43,339 nt of DNA from an uncultured bacterium. Lineage in GTDB: Bacteria > Patescibacteriota > Minisyncoccia > Phycocordibacterales > UBA9973. This document shows positions 35,491 through 43,339 of the stretch, piece by piece (position 1 is the stretch's first letter; each line of letters opens with the position of its first letter). A model generated the notes under the pieces. It had not been told where the DNA came from and did not search any database. It worked only from the letters and a program-made list of their open reading frames with translations. Where the stretch lies: NCBI GenBank assembly GCA_903907175.1, contig CAIVNB010000026.1, forward strand, positions 1-43,339, in the 5' to 3' direction. The position numbers and the translations under genes were made by a program.

Positions 35491-35653
35491 TTAAAAAATG
35501 AAATATTGAGAGATTAATGTTCTGGGTTAGATAAACTTTGACTTATTTTTATAAATATGGTAGTATTTAGATAAAGATGCAAGCCTTTATTTTAAAGGGT
35601 TTTTTGTATCTTTTTTAATAAAATTCAGTAATTTTATAATTTTGTTTATTTAT

Positions 35654-35681
35654 TTGACATTAATAAACCAATGTGTATAAT
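35654..35681 (+). promoter_or_regulatory. Consensus sigma-70 promoter
   Basis: TTGACA, 16 nt, TATAAT. Lies about 85 nt upstream of the ATG at 35766. Confidence 0.6.
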
Positions 35682-35765
35682 GTATTATATAAATAAAATT
35701 ATTATCAATTCTGACGTAAGGTCGGAGTCCTAGCTTCCTAGTGTTGGGATTAATTTTTAAAAAAT

Positions 35766-36794
35766 ATGTCAACAATAACATTTAAACCAAAACAAATCAC
35801 AAAAAAAATAACTTCAAATCTACAAGACCGAGCAAGCGATGTCATTATGAATCGTTTTGGTTTGAATACTGACGCAGAAAGAAAAACTTTAGAAGAAATT
35901 GGAAAGAAATACAACATTACTCGTGAGAGAGTAAGACAGATTGAAGAAGCAGCGTTAAGTTTAATCAAAAAATCAGATGCTTATAAGCAAGAGCAAGCTG
36001 TTTTTGATGAACTTAAACAATTGATATTATCTCTCGGTTCGATAGTAGCAGAGCATGAATTACTACCACATATATCAAAAGACAAAGCTACTCAAAACCA
36101 TATTCATTTTTATTTAGTACTAGGCGACGCTTTTAAAAAACATCGTGAAGATAATCATTTCCACACACGCTGGAGTGTCGATGACGAGATGGCAGAAAAA
36201 GTACATGAATCCCTACGAAAACTTTATGGAAGTCTTAAAGATGAAGATCTTATTATTGAAACTGAAATGATAAAAAAGTTTTTTGATAACATGAAGGATG
36301 TAGCAGAACAATATAAAAATGAAGAGATTGCAAAGAGATGGCTTTCTATGTCAAAAACTATTTCCAAGAATCCACTTGGTGAATGGGGAAAAACAACTTC
36401 TCCAAATATTCGCACTCGTGGAGTAAAGGACTATGCATTTTTGGTTATGAGACGTCATGGTTCTCCTATGCATTTTCGAGAAGTAGCTGATAATATTTCT
36501 AAAACTTTTAATAGAAAGACTCACTATGCAACTTGTCACAACGAACTTATTAAAGATCCTCGTTTTGTTTTAGTTGGACGTGGAATGTATGCTCTCGCTG
36601 AATGGGGTTACAAAGCAGGTATCGCAAGAGACATAATCAAAGATATTCTAAAAAGAGAAGGTCCAATGACTAAAGAACAGGTAGTTGAAAAAGTAATGAA
36701 AGAGAGATATTTCAAAAAGAATACTATTTTAGTAAACCTTGTAAATTCAAAGTTTTTCAAGAAAAATAAAGCTGGACTTTACACCTTAGTTTAA
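35766..36794 (+). CDS. Sigma-70 region-4 HTH plus HARE-HTH domain protein
   Basis: LEEIGKKYNITRERVRQIEEAAL (region 4.2 signature). C-terminal MHFREVADNI...RFVLVGRGMYALAEWGY (HARE-HTH, as in RpoE/delta). Confidence 0.65.
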   Translation: MSTITFKPKQITKKITSNLQDRASDVIMNRFGLNTDAERKTLEEIGKKYNITRERVRQIEEAALSLIKKSDAYKQEQAVFDELKQLILSLGSIVAEHELLPHISKDKATQNHIHFYLVLGDAFKKHREDNHFHTRWSVDDEMAEKVHESLRKLYGSLKDEDLIIETEMIKKFFDNMKDVAEQYKNEEIAKRWLSMSKTISKNPLGEWGKTTSPNIRTRGVKDYAFLVMRRHGSPMHFREVADNISKTFNRKTHYATCHNELIKDPRFVLVGRGMYALAEWGYKAGIARDIIKDILKREGPMTKEQVVEKVMKERYFKKNTILVNLVNSKFFKKNKAGLYTLV

Positions 36795-36803
36795 ATAACT
36801 ACA

Positions 36804-36839
36804 CAAAACAGCTCCGACTATATAGTCGGAGCTGTTTTG
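36804..36839 (+). terminator. Rho-independent terminator
   Basis: Perfect hairpin CAAAACAGCTCCGACTA / TAGTCGGAGCTGTTTTG, then GTTTT. Confidence 0.75.
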
Positions 36840-36877
36840 GTTTTACTTTACTTCTAATTTATATTAAAATATAGAGG

Positions 36878-38203
36878 ATGGACAATATATTGGCATCCTC
36901 ATTTAACGTTTTTTTTAATATTGTACTTTGGATTTTACCTTTAGCGGGGACCTTTTTTTTAGGTTATTGTGCTTGGAAAATGTGGGTGCATTATATACAG
37001 CAAGATTTTATTTCAGGTATTGATTTTTGCATGCTTGAAATTATCCCTCCAAGAGATGTTGTTCGTTCTCCAAAAGGAATGGAACTTTTTATCTCTAATG
37101 CCCTCTATCATTGGAGTGAGAAAGGAGGAATGGAAGAATATTGGCAAGGAGCAGTTTGGTTTTGGTTTTCTCTAGAAATGGCTTCAATCGAAGGACAAGT
37201 ACATTTTTATATTCGTACACCGACACGCATCAAAGATTTAATTGAAACCCAAATGTATGCTCAATATCCGCAATCGCAAGTGAAAGTTGTTGAAGATTAT
37301 ACTTTGGCAGTTTCTGAAATCTCAGAAGAGAGTGGCTGGAATCTTTGGGGTTGTGAATTCAAATTATTGAAACCAGAAGTATATCCTATAAAGACTTATG
37401 TTGATTTTGGTTTAGATAAAGACCCAGATGAAGAATTTAAAGTTGATCCTATCTCTCCTGTGATAGAATTTTTTGGATCACTTGGTAAAGGAGAACAAGC
37501 TTGGTTGCAGATTGTTATTACGCCACCAAAAAGACAGTATCATACTAAGGGTACTTGGTTTGGGCACCACGATTGGGTGGCAGAAGGTAGAAAACAAATA
37601 TTAAATACATTAGAGCCATATACTGGCTCACGTGACAGAGCAAAATTAGATTCTCGTGGTCCTGGATATGGTCTTGAAGTACGTTCTCCTGGATTCATGG
37701 ATGAGATGATAAAAGGGGCTGGTAAAAAATTGACTAAAATTGGTTTTGATACTGGCATCAGATTAGCTTATGTGGCAAGAAAAGATATATTTCCTTTTGG
37801 CACTAGGACAAATAATTCTAGAAATATTCGTTTGATTTTTCGTCAATATGCCAATCCTTTCTCAAATGAATTTTGGCGTCACAATTCAACTCAAGCAGAC
37901 CAATACAGTGGAATATTCATGGCATCCGCTAAGACAGTGAACCTTTTTAAAAGAAGACATTTACATGCGTATCGTGAGCGAGAATTTTTCCATCTCCCGA
38001 TGCGTCATCACTTATTTAACAAACATACTATTATTTGGCCTTTTTCTTTGTGGTTTAAACCTTATTTTCATCCTGAAATTTTTGTTTTGAACATAGAAGA
38101 ATTAGCGACTATTTGGCATTTCCCAGGCCAGATATTGAAAGTTCCAACCTTAGAACGTATCGAATCAAAAGAGGCATCTCCACCTCCGAATTTGCCTATG
38201 TAA
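36878..38203 (+). CDS. Conserved hypothetical membrane protein (441 aa)
   Basis: N-terminal TM helix. No nucleotide-binding motif. The C-terminal EELATIWHFPG resembles the segment that precedes the ATPase domain in some TraD/VirD4-like proteins (weak). Confidence 0.4.
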   Translation: MDNILASSFNVFFNIVLWILPLAGTFFLGYCAWKMWVHYIQQDFISGIDFCMLEIIPPRDVVRSPKGMELFISNALYHWSEKGGMEEYWQGAVWFWFSLEMASIEGQVHFYIRTPTRIKDLIETQMYAQYPQSQVKVVEDYTLAVSEISEESGWNLWGCEFKLLKPEVYPIKTYVDFGLDKDPDEEFKVDPISPVIEFFGSLGKGEQAWLQIVITPPKRQYHTKGTWFGHHDWVAEGRKQILNTLEPYTGSRDRAKLDSRGPGYGLEVRSPGFMDEMIKGAGKKLTKIGFDTGIRLAYVARKDIFPFGTRTNNSRNIRLIFRQYANPFSNEFWRHNSTQADQYSGIFMASAKTVNLFKRRHLHAYREREFFHLPMRHHLFNKHTIIWPFSLWFKPYFHPEIFVLNIEELATIWHFPGQILKVPTLERIESKEASPPPNLPM

Positions 38204-38206
38204 TGT

Positions 38207-39145
38207 ATGGAAAATTTACCCTTACAAGATAATCAATTTATTGGTACTAATAATTTTCCTAAAAAAAGTTTTTTACCAAAGAAGATGTTTTTTAGTGTTA
38301 TTGTATTGTTTTTAAGTATAATATTTGGATATTATTTATTTTTTAGTGCACCTGATAATTTTCCGAAAGGTATTATTGTGAATATAGAAAAAGGAGAAAG
38401 TTTGAGAAGTTTATCTCTTAACTTGAAAGAAAAAAATGTAATTCGTTCGAGAACTTCTTTTGAAGCTTTTGTTATTATGTATGGTGGTGAAAAGCATATT
38501 GCAGTGGGCGATTATTTATTTGAAAATAAATTACCTGTTTTTGAAATAGCAAGAAGAATTGTAGAAAAAGATCGACGCTTAGCGTCTGTAAAAATTACAG
38601 TTCCTGAAGGTTTTGATGTTTCTGAAATCTCTGATAGTGTTTCTTCAAAATTAAGAAATTTTAATAAAGAAAAGTTTTTGAGAGATGCAAAAGAAGGATA
38701 TCTTTTCCCTGATACTTATTTTTTCTTTTCTTATGACAATGAACAAGACGTATTAAATTACATGACTGACAATTTCGAAAAGAAAATTAAAACTCTTAAA
38801 CAAGAGGTTATTTCTTCTGGAAAAAGTGAAAATGAAATCATTACTATGGCTTCGATCATAGAGAGAGAAGCAAAAGGAGATTCTGATAGGGCATATATTT
38901 CAGGAATTTTATGGAATAGAATAAAGAAAAATATGCCTTTGCAAGTTGATTCTGCAATGGAAACATATAAAACAAGAGGTTTACCCGCAAGTCCAATTTG
39001 TAATCCTGGACTTGAAGCAATAAAAGCGTCTATTCACCCAATGATATCAAATTATCTTTATTATTTGCATGATAAGAATGGGGTGATTCATTATGCAAAA
39101 ACTTTTGAGGAACATAAAATTAATAAATTAAAGTACTTGAAATAA
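38207..39145 (+). CDS. mltG: Endolytic murein transglycosylase MltG (YceG family)
   Basis: N-terminal TM helix, GYLFPDTYFF, ASIIEREA, GLPASPICNPG. Confidence 0.85.
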   Translation: MENLPLQDNQFIGTNNFPKKSFLPKKMFFSVIVLFLSIIFGYYLFFSAPDNFPKGIIVNIEKGESLRSLSLNLKEKNVIRSRTSFEAFVIMYGGEKHIAVGDYLFENKLPVFEIARRIVEKDRRLASVKITVPEGFDVSEISDSVSSKLRNFNKEKFLRDAKEGYLFPDTYFFFSYDNEQDVLNYMTDNFEKKIKTLKQEVISSGKSENEIITMASIIEREAKGDSDRAYISGILWNRIKKNMPLQVDSAMETYKTRGLPASPICNPGLEAIKASIHPMISNYLYYLHDKNGVIHYAKTFEEHKINKLKYLK

Positions 39146-39159
39146 TTGAGCATATTCAT

Positions 39160-39687
39160 ATGAGAAAACATGATTTAGCTTTTATTGACATAGAAACAAC
39201 CGGTCTTAGTGTTATAGAACATGAGATTATTGAGATTGGTGGTGTAATAACTAATTATAAACTTGAGATTAAAGAAAAGTTTGAATTAAAAATAAAACCT
39301 AAAAATATTGAAAACGCAAATAAAACAGCTTTAAAAATAAATCATTACAACGAAAAAGACTGGAAAGAGGCGTATGAATTAAAAGATGCATTAAAAATTT
39401 TTTCTAAAAAAGTGAAAGATTGTATTATGGTTGGGCAAAATATTGCTTTTGATTCTGGGTTCTTGGAATATAATCTTGAAAAGAATAATATAAAAAATAG
39501 TTTGCACTACCATAGGCTAGATACCATATCTATTGCTTGGACGAAGTTTCATGACGATAAAAATTTTGAACATTTTTCCTTAAGAGAAATGTGTAAATAT
39601 TTTAATATAAAAAATGAAAATCCACACAGTGCTCTTTCGGATGCTAGTGCTACTTATTTACTTTATAAGAAACTTTTGGAAATATAG
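39160..39687 (+). CDS. DEDDh 3'-5' exonuclease (DnaQ/epsilon-like)
   Basis: ExoI FIDIETTGL, ExoII GQNIAFDSGFL, ExoIII HSALSDA. Confidence 0.8.
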   Translation: MRKHDLAFIDIETTGLSVIEHEIIEIGGVITNYKLEIKEKFELKIKPKNIENANKTALKINHYNEKDWKEAYELKDALKIFSKKVKDCIMVGQNIAFDSGFLEYNLEKNNIKNSLHYHRLDTISIAWTKFHDDKNFEHFSLREMCKYFNIKNENPHSALSDASATYLLYKKLLEI

Positions 39688-39696
39688 AATTATTAC

Positions 39697-39729
39697 AAAA
39701 GAGCCCCGACATTTTGTCGGGGCTCTTTT
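39697..39729. terminator. Bidirectional terminator between convergent genes
   Basis: AAAAGAGCCCCGAC, loop ATTTT, GTCGGGGCTCTTTT. Confidence 0.75.
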
Positions 39730-39731
39730 CT

Positions 39732-40145
39732 TTATTGAGGATTTTGTTGTGCTACTTGTGGTTCTTGATTTGGTGTTTGAGGTGGTGTGGGTGAAGGTAT
39801 ATTTTTTGGGTTAGGTCCGTATTTATTATCTCCAGGAGTACTTTCTTTACATGCAAGTACGATAAACCAGATCCAGCCGGCAATAGGAATAAAATTTATT
39901 AACATCCACCAACCGCTTTTTCCAATGTCGTGTAATCTTCTAATTCCAACTGCTATTCCTGGTAATAATACTGCCAAGGAATAAAGGCTTCCAATAATAT
40001 TTTTACTGTCGCCAATTATTTCACTAATAATGCTGAGCACAATACTTACGATAATACTAAACAAAGTAAAATACCAATATTCCGCTCTTCGAGCACGCCC
40101 AGTAAAAACCGCGTACCGTTTTAAAACATCTACAAAGTAATGCAT
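39732..40145 (-). CDS. DUF805 (YhaH-like) membrane protein with a Pro/Gln-rich tail
   Basis: GRARRAEYWYF..., RRLHDIGKSGWW. Confidence 0.75.
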   Translation of the reverse strand: MHYFVDVLKRYAVFTGRARRAEYWYFTLFSIIVSIVLSIISEIIGDSKNIIGSLYSLAVLLPGIAVGIRRLHDIGKSGWWMLINFIPIAGWIWFIVLACKESTPGDNKYGPNPKNIPSPTPPQTPNQEPQVAQQNPQ

Positions 40146-40177
40146 AAATTTTAATTTAATTTACAAACGTTGATAAT

Positions 40178-41395
40178 ATGGTTATTATAACAATAATGGA
40201 TAAAAATAGGAATAAAACAGTATTTGTAGGTATGTCTGGAGGTGTAGATTCGAGCGTGTCTGCGGCACTTTTAAAAGAACAGGGTTATAACGTCGTTGGG
40301 GTTTTTATCAAAACTTGGCACCCTCCATTTTTAGCCTGCAACGAAGAAGAAGAGCGTCGTGATGCAATGCGAGTTTGTGCACATTTAGATGTTCCATTTT
40401 TGACTTTTGATTTTGAGGACGTATATAAAAAAGATGTCGCAGATTATATGATTTCTGAATATAAGAAAGGAAGAACTCCGAATCCAGATGTAATGTGCAA
40501 TAAATATGTTAAATTTGGCGCATTTTTCAAAAAAGCACTTGCAATGGGTGCAGATTATGTAGCGACAGGACATTATGCACGAACTTCAGCAGAAAATGCT
40601 TTTACTCAGGTCCTCGGTTCCTCGCCTAAGGCTCAGCCAGACCATTCGCAAAAGCATTTTCTGCTTTCGTTATTGAAAGGCAGTGACCCTTCTAAAGATC
40701 AAAGTTATTTTCTTTGGACCTTAAGACAAGAACAGCTTTCAAAAATCTTATTTCCAGTAGGGCATTTAAAGAAAAGTGACGTAAGAAAATTAGCAAATAA
40801 ATTTAAACTACCTGTAGCAGAAAAAAAAGATAGTCAAGGAATTTGTTTCTTAGGTGCCGTTGATTTGAAAGATTTTTTAAAACATTATATAAAAGAAAAG
40901 AAAGGGAAAGTTTTAAATGAAAAAGGAGAAGAAATCGGATTTCACGATGGAGTTGTCTTTTATACTTTTGGCGAGCGACATGGATTTACTATTACAAAAA
41001 AAAGTCCTATCGATGGGCCATATTATGTTGTTGCAAAGGATATAAAGAAGAATCTCTTGATAGTATCACAAAACAGAAACTATCTTAAAAAGAGTACAGA
41101 TATTTTTTTACTAAAAAATTCCTCGTGCTCGGACCAGTCGTCCTCGCAAGTCTATTTTAAAGATAATTTTTGTTTTGTTCTAGAAAATGTAAATTGGATT
41201 GCTGATATTCCAGAAGAAAATAAAAATTATACTGCTCAAATTCGTTATCACGGAGAGTTATTTCCTTGTATAATAAAGATTATTAACAAAACAAAGGCAG
41301 AAATAATTTTTAAAAAACCCATTTTAGCTGCTTCTGGCCAATCTATTGTTATTTACGATGAAAATGTTTGTGTGGGAGGAGGTGTAATTATATAA
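40178..41395 (+). CDS. mnmA: tRNA-specific 2-thiouridylase MnmA, carrying two in-frame GC-rich insertions
   Basis: PP-loop GMSGGVDSSV, NPDVMCN, ATGHYAR, KDQSYFL, C-terminal GQS.V.Y......GGG.I. Confidence 0.85.
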   Translation: MVIITIMDKNRNKTVFVGMSGGVDSSVSAALLKEQGYNVVGVFIKTWHPPFLACNEEEERRDAMRVCAHLDVPFLTFDFEDVYKKDVADYMISEYKKGRTPNPDVMCNKYVKFGAFFKKALAMGADYVATGHYARTSAENAFTQVLGSSPKAQPDHSQKHFLLSLLKGSDPSKDQSYFLWTLRQEQLSKILFPVGHLKKSDVRKLANKFKLPVAEKKDSQGICFLGAVDLKDFLKHYIKEKKGKVLNEKGEEIGFHDGVVFYTFGERHGFTITKKSPIDGPYYVVAKDIKKNLLIVSQNRNYLKKSTDIFLLKNSSCSDQSSSQVYFKDNFCFVLENVNWIADIPEENKNYTAQIRYHGELFPCIIKIINKTKAEIIFKKPILAASGQSIVIYDENVCVGGGVII

Positions 41396-41443
41396 ACCTA
41401 CAATAGAATTTGAAAAAAACTCATTACAGAGTATAATAAGAAT

Positions 41444-41926
41444 ATGGAAAATCTTTTTAGTGCAGGTACTTTAGAAATAGCGTTGCGTCTTTTCGTGGCA
41501 TTATTATTAGGCATGATAATTGGTACTGAACGTGTTTGGGCTCACAAGACTGCAGGGATGCGTACATACGCTCTTGTCTCTATGGGTTCAGCTTTATTTG
41601 TTGTCGTTTCAAACGAAATGATTAAAATGTATACTGGTTTTCCTGGAACAAATCCTTTAATGATTATTGCTCAGATAGTTGTTGGTGTTGGTTTTATTGG
41701 CACAGGTCTTATCTTTTCTAAAGATTCAAAGTTAATGGGCCTTACTACAGCTACTGGTCTTTGGGTTTCAGCAGGTATTGGCATGGCTTCTGGCGCAGGT
41801 CTTTTTAGTATTGCAATAATTGCTACAGCATTTACCCTTTGTATCTTTATAGTGTTGTGGTTTATTGAAGAACAACTTAAAAAAACTAAATTTTTTAATA
41901 ACGATAGTTTTGAGGATTCAAATTAA
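41444..41926 (+). CDS. mgtC: MgtC/SapB family membrane protein
   Basis: LRLFVALLLGMIIGTERVWAHKTAGMRTYALVSMGSALF. Confidence 0.8.
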   Translation: MENLFSAGTLEIALRLFVALLLGMIIGTERVWAHKTAGMRTYALVSMGSALFVVVSNEMIKMYTGFPGTNPLMIIAQIVVGVGFIGTGLIFSKDSKLMGLTTATGLWVSAGIGMASGAGLFSIAIIATAFTLCIFIVLWFIEEQLKKTKFFNNDSFEDSN

Positions 41927-41989
41927 GAAAGCTCTCTTAGTTGTTTTATGGGCTTTTTTATTTATCCTTTTTGTTATAGTATAAATTAT

Positions 41990-43339
41990 ATGACTTCAGA
42001 AGAGATTAGAAAAAAATTTTTAAAGTTTTTTGAAAATAGGGAACATGCCTTTGTTCCTTCAGCTTCTTTGGTTACTACAAATGAAGCTGGTGCTATGGAT
42101 GCGACTCTTTTTAATACAGCCGGGATGCAACCCTTCGTGCCTTACCTTTTAGGGGAACCTCATCCAAAAGGAATGCGTTTAGTAAATGTTCAGAAATGTT
42201 TGAGAACGATAGACTTGAGCGAAGTAGGCGACAGAACACACAATACTTTTTTTGAAATGATGGGCAATTGGTCTCTTGGGGATTATTTCAAAAAAGACGC
42301 TATTGCCTGGAGTTATCAATTTCTTACTTCAAAAGAGGAAGGTTTAGGACTAGATGTGTCACGGCTATATGTGACAGTTTTTGCAGGAAATGAAAAAGTT
42401 GCAAAAGATACTGAATCAATAGAAATATGGAAATCTTTAGGAATACCAGAGCATCGCATTTACCTAAAAAGTTCAAAGTCAAATTGGTGGAGTGCTGGAT
42501 TAAATTCGCCAGCGGGTCCTTCTACTGAGATGTTTTATGATTCCACTGGAGAACAAGGAAATATGACTCAGGAAGAATTTGATAAAGCTGAAGATGAACA
42601 AAAGGTTGTAGAAATTTGGAATGACGTTTTCATGATGTATAGACTAGTTAATGGTGAGATTGTTGGAGAACTTCCACAGAAAAATATAGACACTGGGGCG
42701 GGCCTTGAGAGAGTTACAATGATGGTTCAAGGTAAAAAAGATATTTATGAGACGGATTTATTTTTACCAATAATACAGAAAATAGAAGAATTATCAAAAT
42801 TAAAATATGGAGATAAATCTGATGAAGAATATACAAAAGAAGAAAATCAATGTTTTGTCGACGCACGAAAACAAATGAGAATTGTTGCTGATCATATTCG
42901 GACAGCAGTGTTTATCATATCGGATGGTGTTGTTCCTTCAAATACAGGACGGGGGTACATTCTTCGTAGGATTCTTCGTAGGGCAGTACGACATTCAGAC
43001 TTGGTATCTCTTAAACATGGGACACTGCTTGCTCTTGCAGAAGTTGTGATAGAAGAATATAAAAATGTGTATCCAGAGCTTTTAATAAATGAAGGTTTAA
43101 TCAAAAAAGAAATTAGAGATGAAGAGGATAAGTTTAGAAAAACACTTGAAAAGGGCTTAAAATCATTTAATTCTCTTAAAGAAGATGTGATTTCAGGAGA
43201 AGTGGCGTTTATGCTTTTTTCAACTTATGGTTTTCCAATAGAGCTTATTGAAGAATTGGCAAAAGAAAGAAACATAAAAGTTGATCGAGTAGGCTTTGAT
43301 TACCAGATGAAAAAACATCAAGAACTTTCTAAAACATCA
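41990..43339 (+). CDS. alaS: Alanine--tRNA ligase, N-terminal 450 codons (runs off the right edge; absent from the ORF track)
   Basis: I translated it by hand from the ATG at 41990 and found no stop through 43339. FVPSASLV, TLFNTAGMQPF, RTHNTFFEMMGNWSLGDYFK, ADHIRTAVFIISDGVVPSNTGRGYILRRILRRA. Confidence 0.9.
   Translation, partial: MTSEEIRKKFLKFFENREHAFVPSASLVTTNEAGAMDATLFNTAGMQPFVPYLLGEPHPKGMRLVNVQKCLRTIDLSEVGDRTHNTFFEMMGNWSLGDYFKKDAIAWSYQFLTSKEEGLGLDVSRLYVTVFAGNEKVAKDTESIEIWKSLGIPEHRIYLKSSKSNWWSAGLNSPAGPSTEMFYDSTGEQGNMTQEEFDKAEDEQKVVEIWNDVFMMYRLVNGEIVGELPQKNIDTGAGLERVTMMVQGKKDIYETDLFLPIIQKIEELSKLKYGDKSDEEYTKEENQCFVDARKQMRIVADHIRTAVFIISDGVVPSNTGRGYILRRILRRAVRHSDLVSLKHGTLLALAEVVIEEYKNVYPELLINEGLIKKEIRDEEDKFRKTLEKGLKSFNSLKEDVISGEVAFMLFSTYGFPIELIEELAKERNIKVDRVGFDYQMKKHQELSKTS

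Noticed and set aside
39614-39814. 66-aa plus-strand ORF crossing from the exonuclease gene into the DUF805 gene
   Set aside because: It runs straight through a strong bidirectional terminator hairpin and overlaps two well-supported genes.
40178-41395. mnmA as a pseudogene disrupted by insertions
   Set aside because: Both GC-rich insertions keep the reading frame and introduce no stops, and all catalytic motifs are intact. The gene is therefore called functional, with insertions.

Overview
AT-rich, tightly packed bacterial window. The compact genes, a UvrC without its C-terminal domain, a sigma-region-4/HARE-HTH protein and a giant FN3 surface protein suggest a Patescibacteria/CPR-like genome (inference). 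Housekeeping genes sit at both ends: on the left uvrA', uvrC, tdh-like, transaldolase, acpP, tRNA-Ala, a PLD-family protein and tRNA-Asn; on the right mltG, a DEDDh exonuclease, mnmA, mgtC and alaS'. alaS is missing from the ORF track because it runs off the window. The main feature is a ~14.3 kb integrated element (6599-20938) in the 3' end of tRNA-Asn, bounded by a perfect 18-bp direct repeat. It carries a large serine recombinase translationally coupled to a restriction-modification operon (two m5C methyltransferases and one nuclease), an unannotated Xis-like HTH ORF and a Rep-like gene. It also carries a Panacea/DUF4065 antitoxin with an overlapping unknown partner, and an ECF-sigma/ArsR/thioredoxin-system cargo. 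Right of attR (20940-24390) are terminator-bounded cassettes of unknown function, including a Cys-rich protein plus a divergent IMPase-fold protein. A repeated, promoter-bearing ~80-bp element links these cassettes, and its 5' part also occurs inside the island end. Separately, short GC-rich segments interrupt conserved genes in frame: one in mnmA has perfect 16-bp inverted arms, with a second in mnmA and one in uvrC. A conserved ~70-nt GC-rich motif precedes two neighbouring genes. The rest is an envelope and sensing region (BNR propeller, PG-binding protein, two histidine kinases, a 1496-aa FN3 array). No CRISPR array or rRNA was seen.
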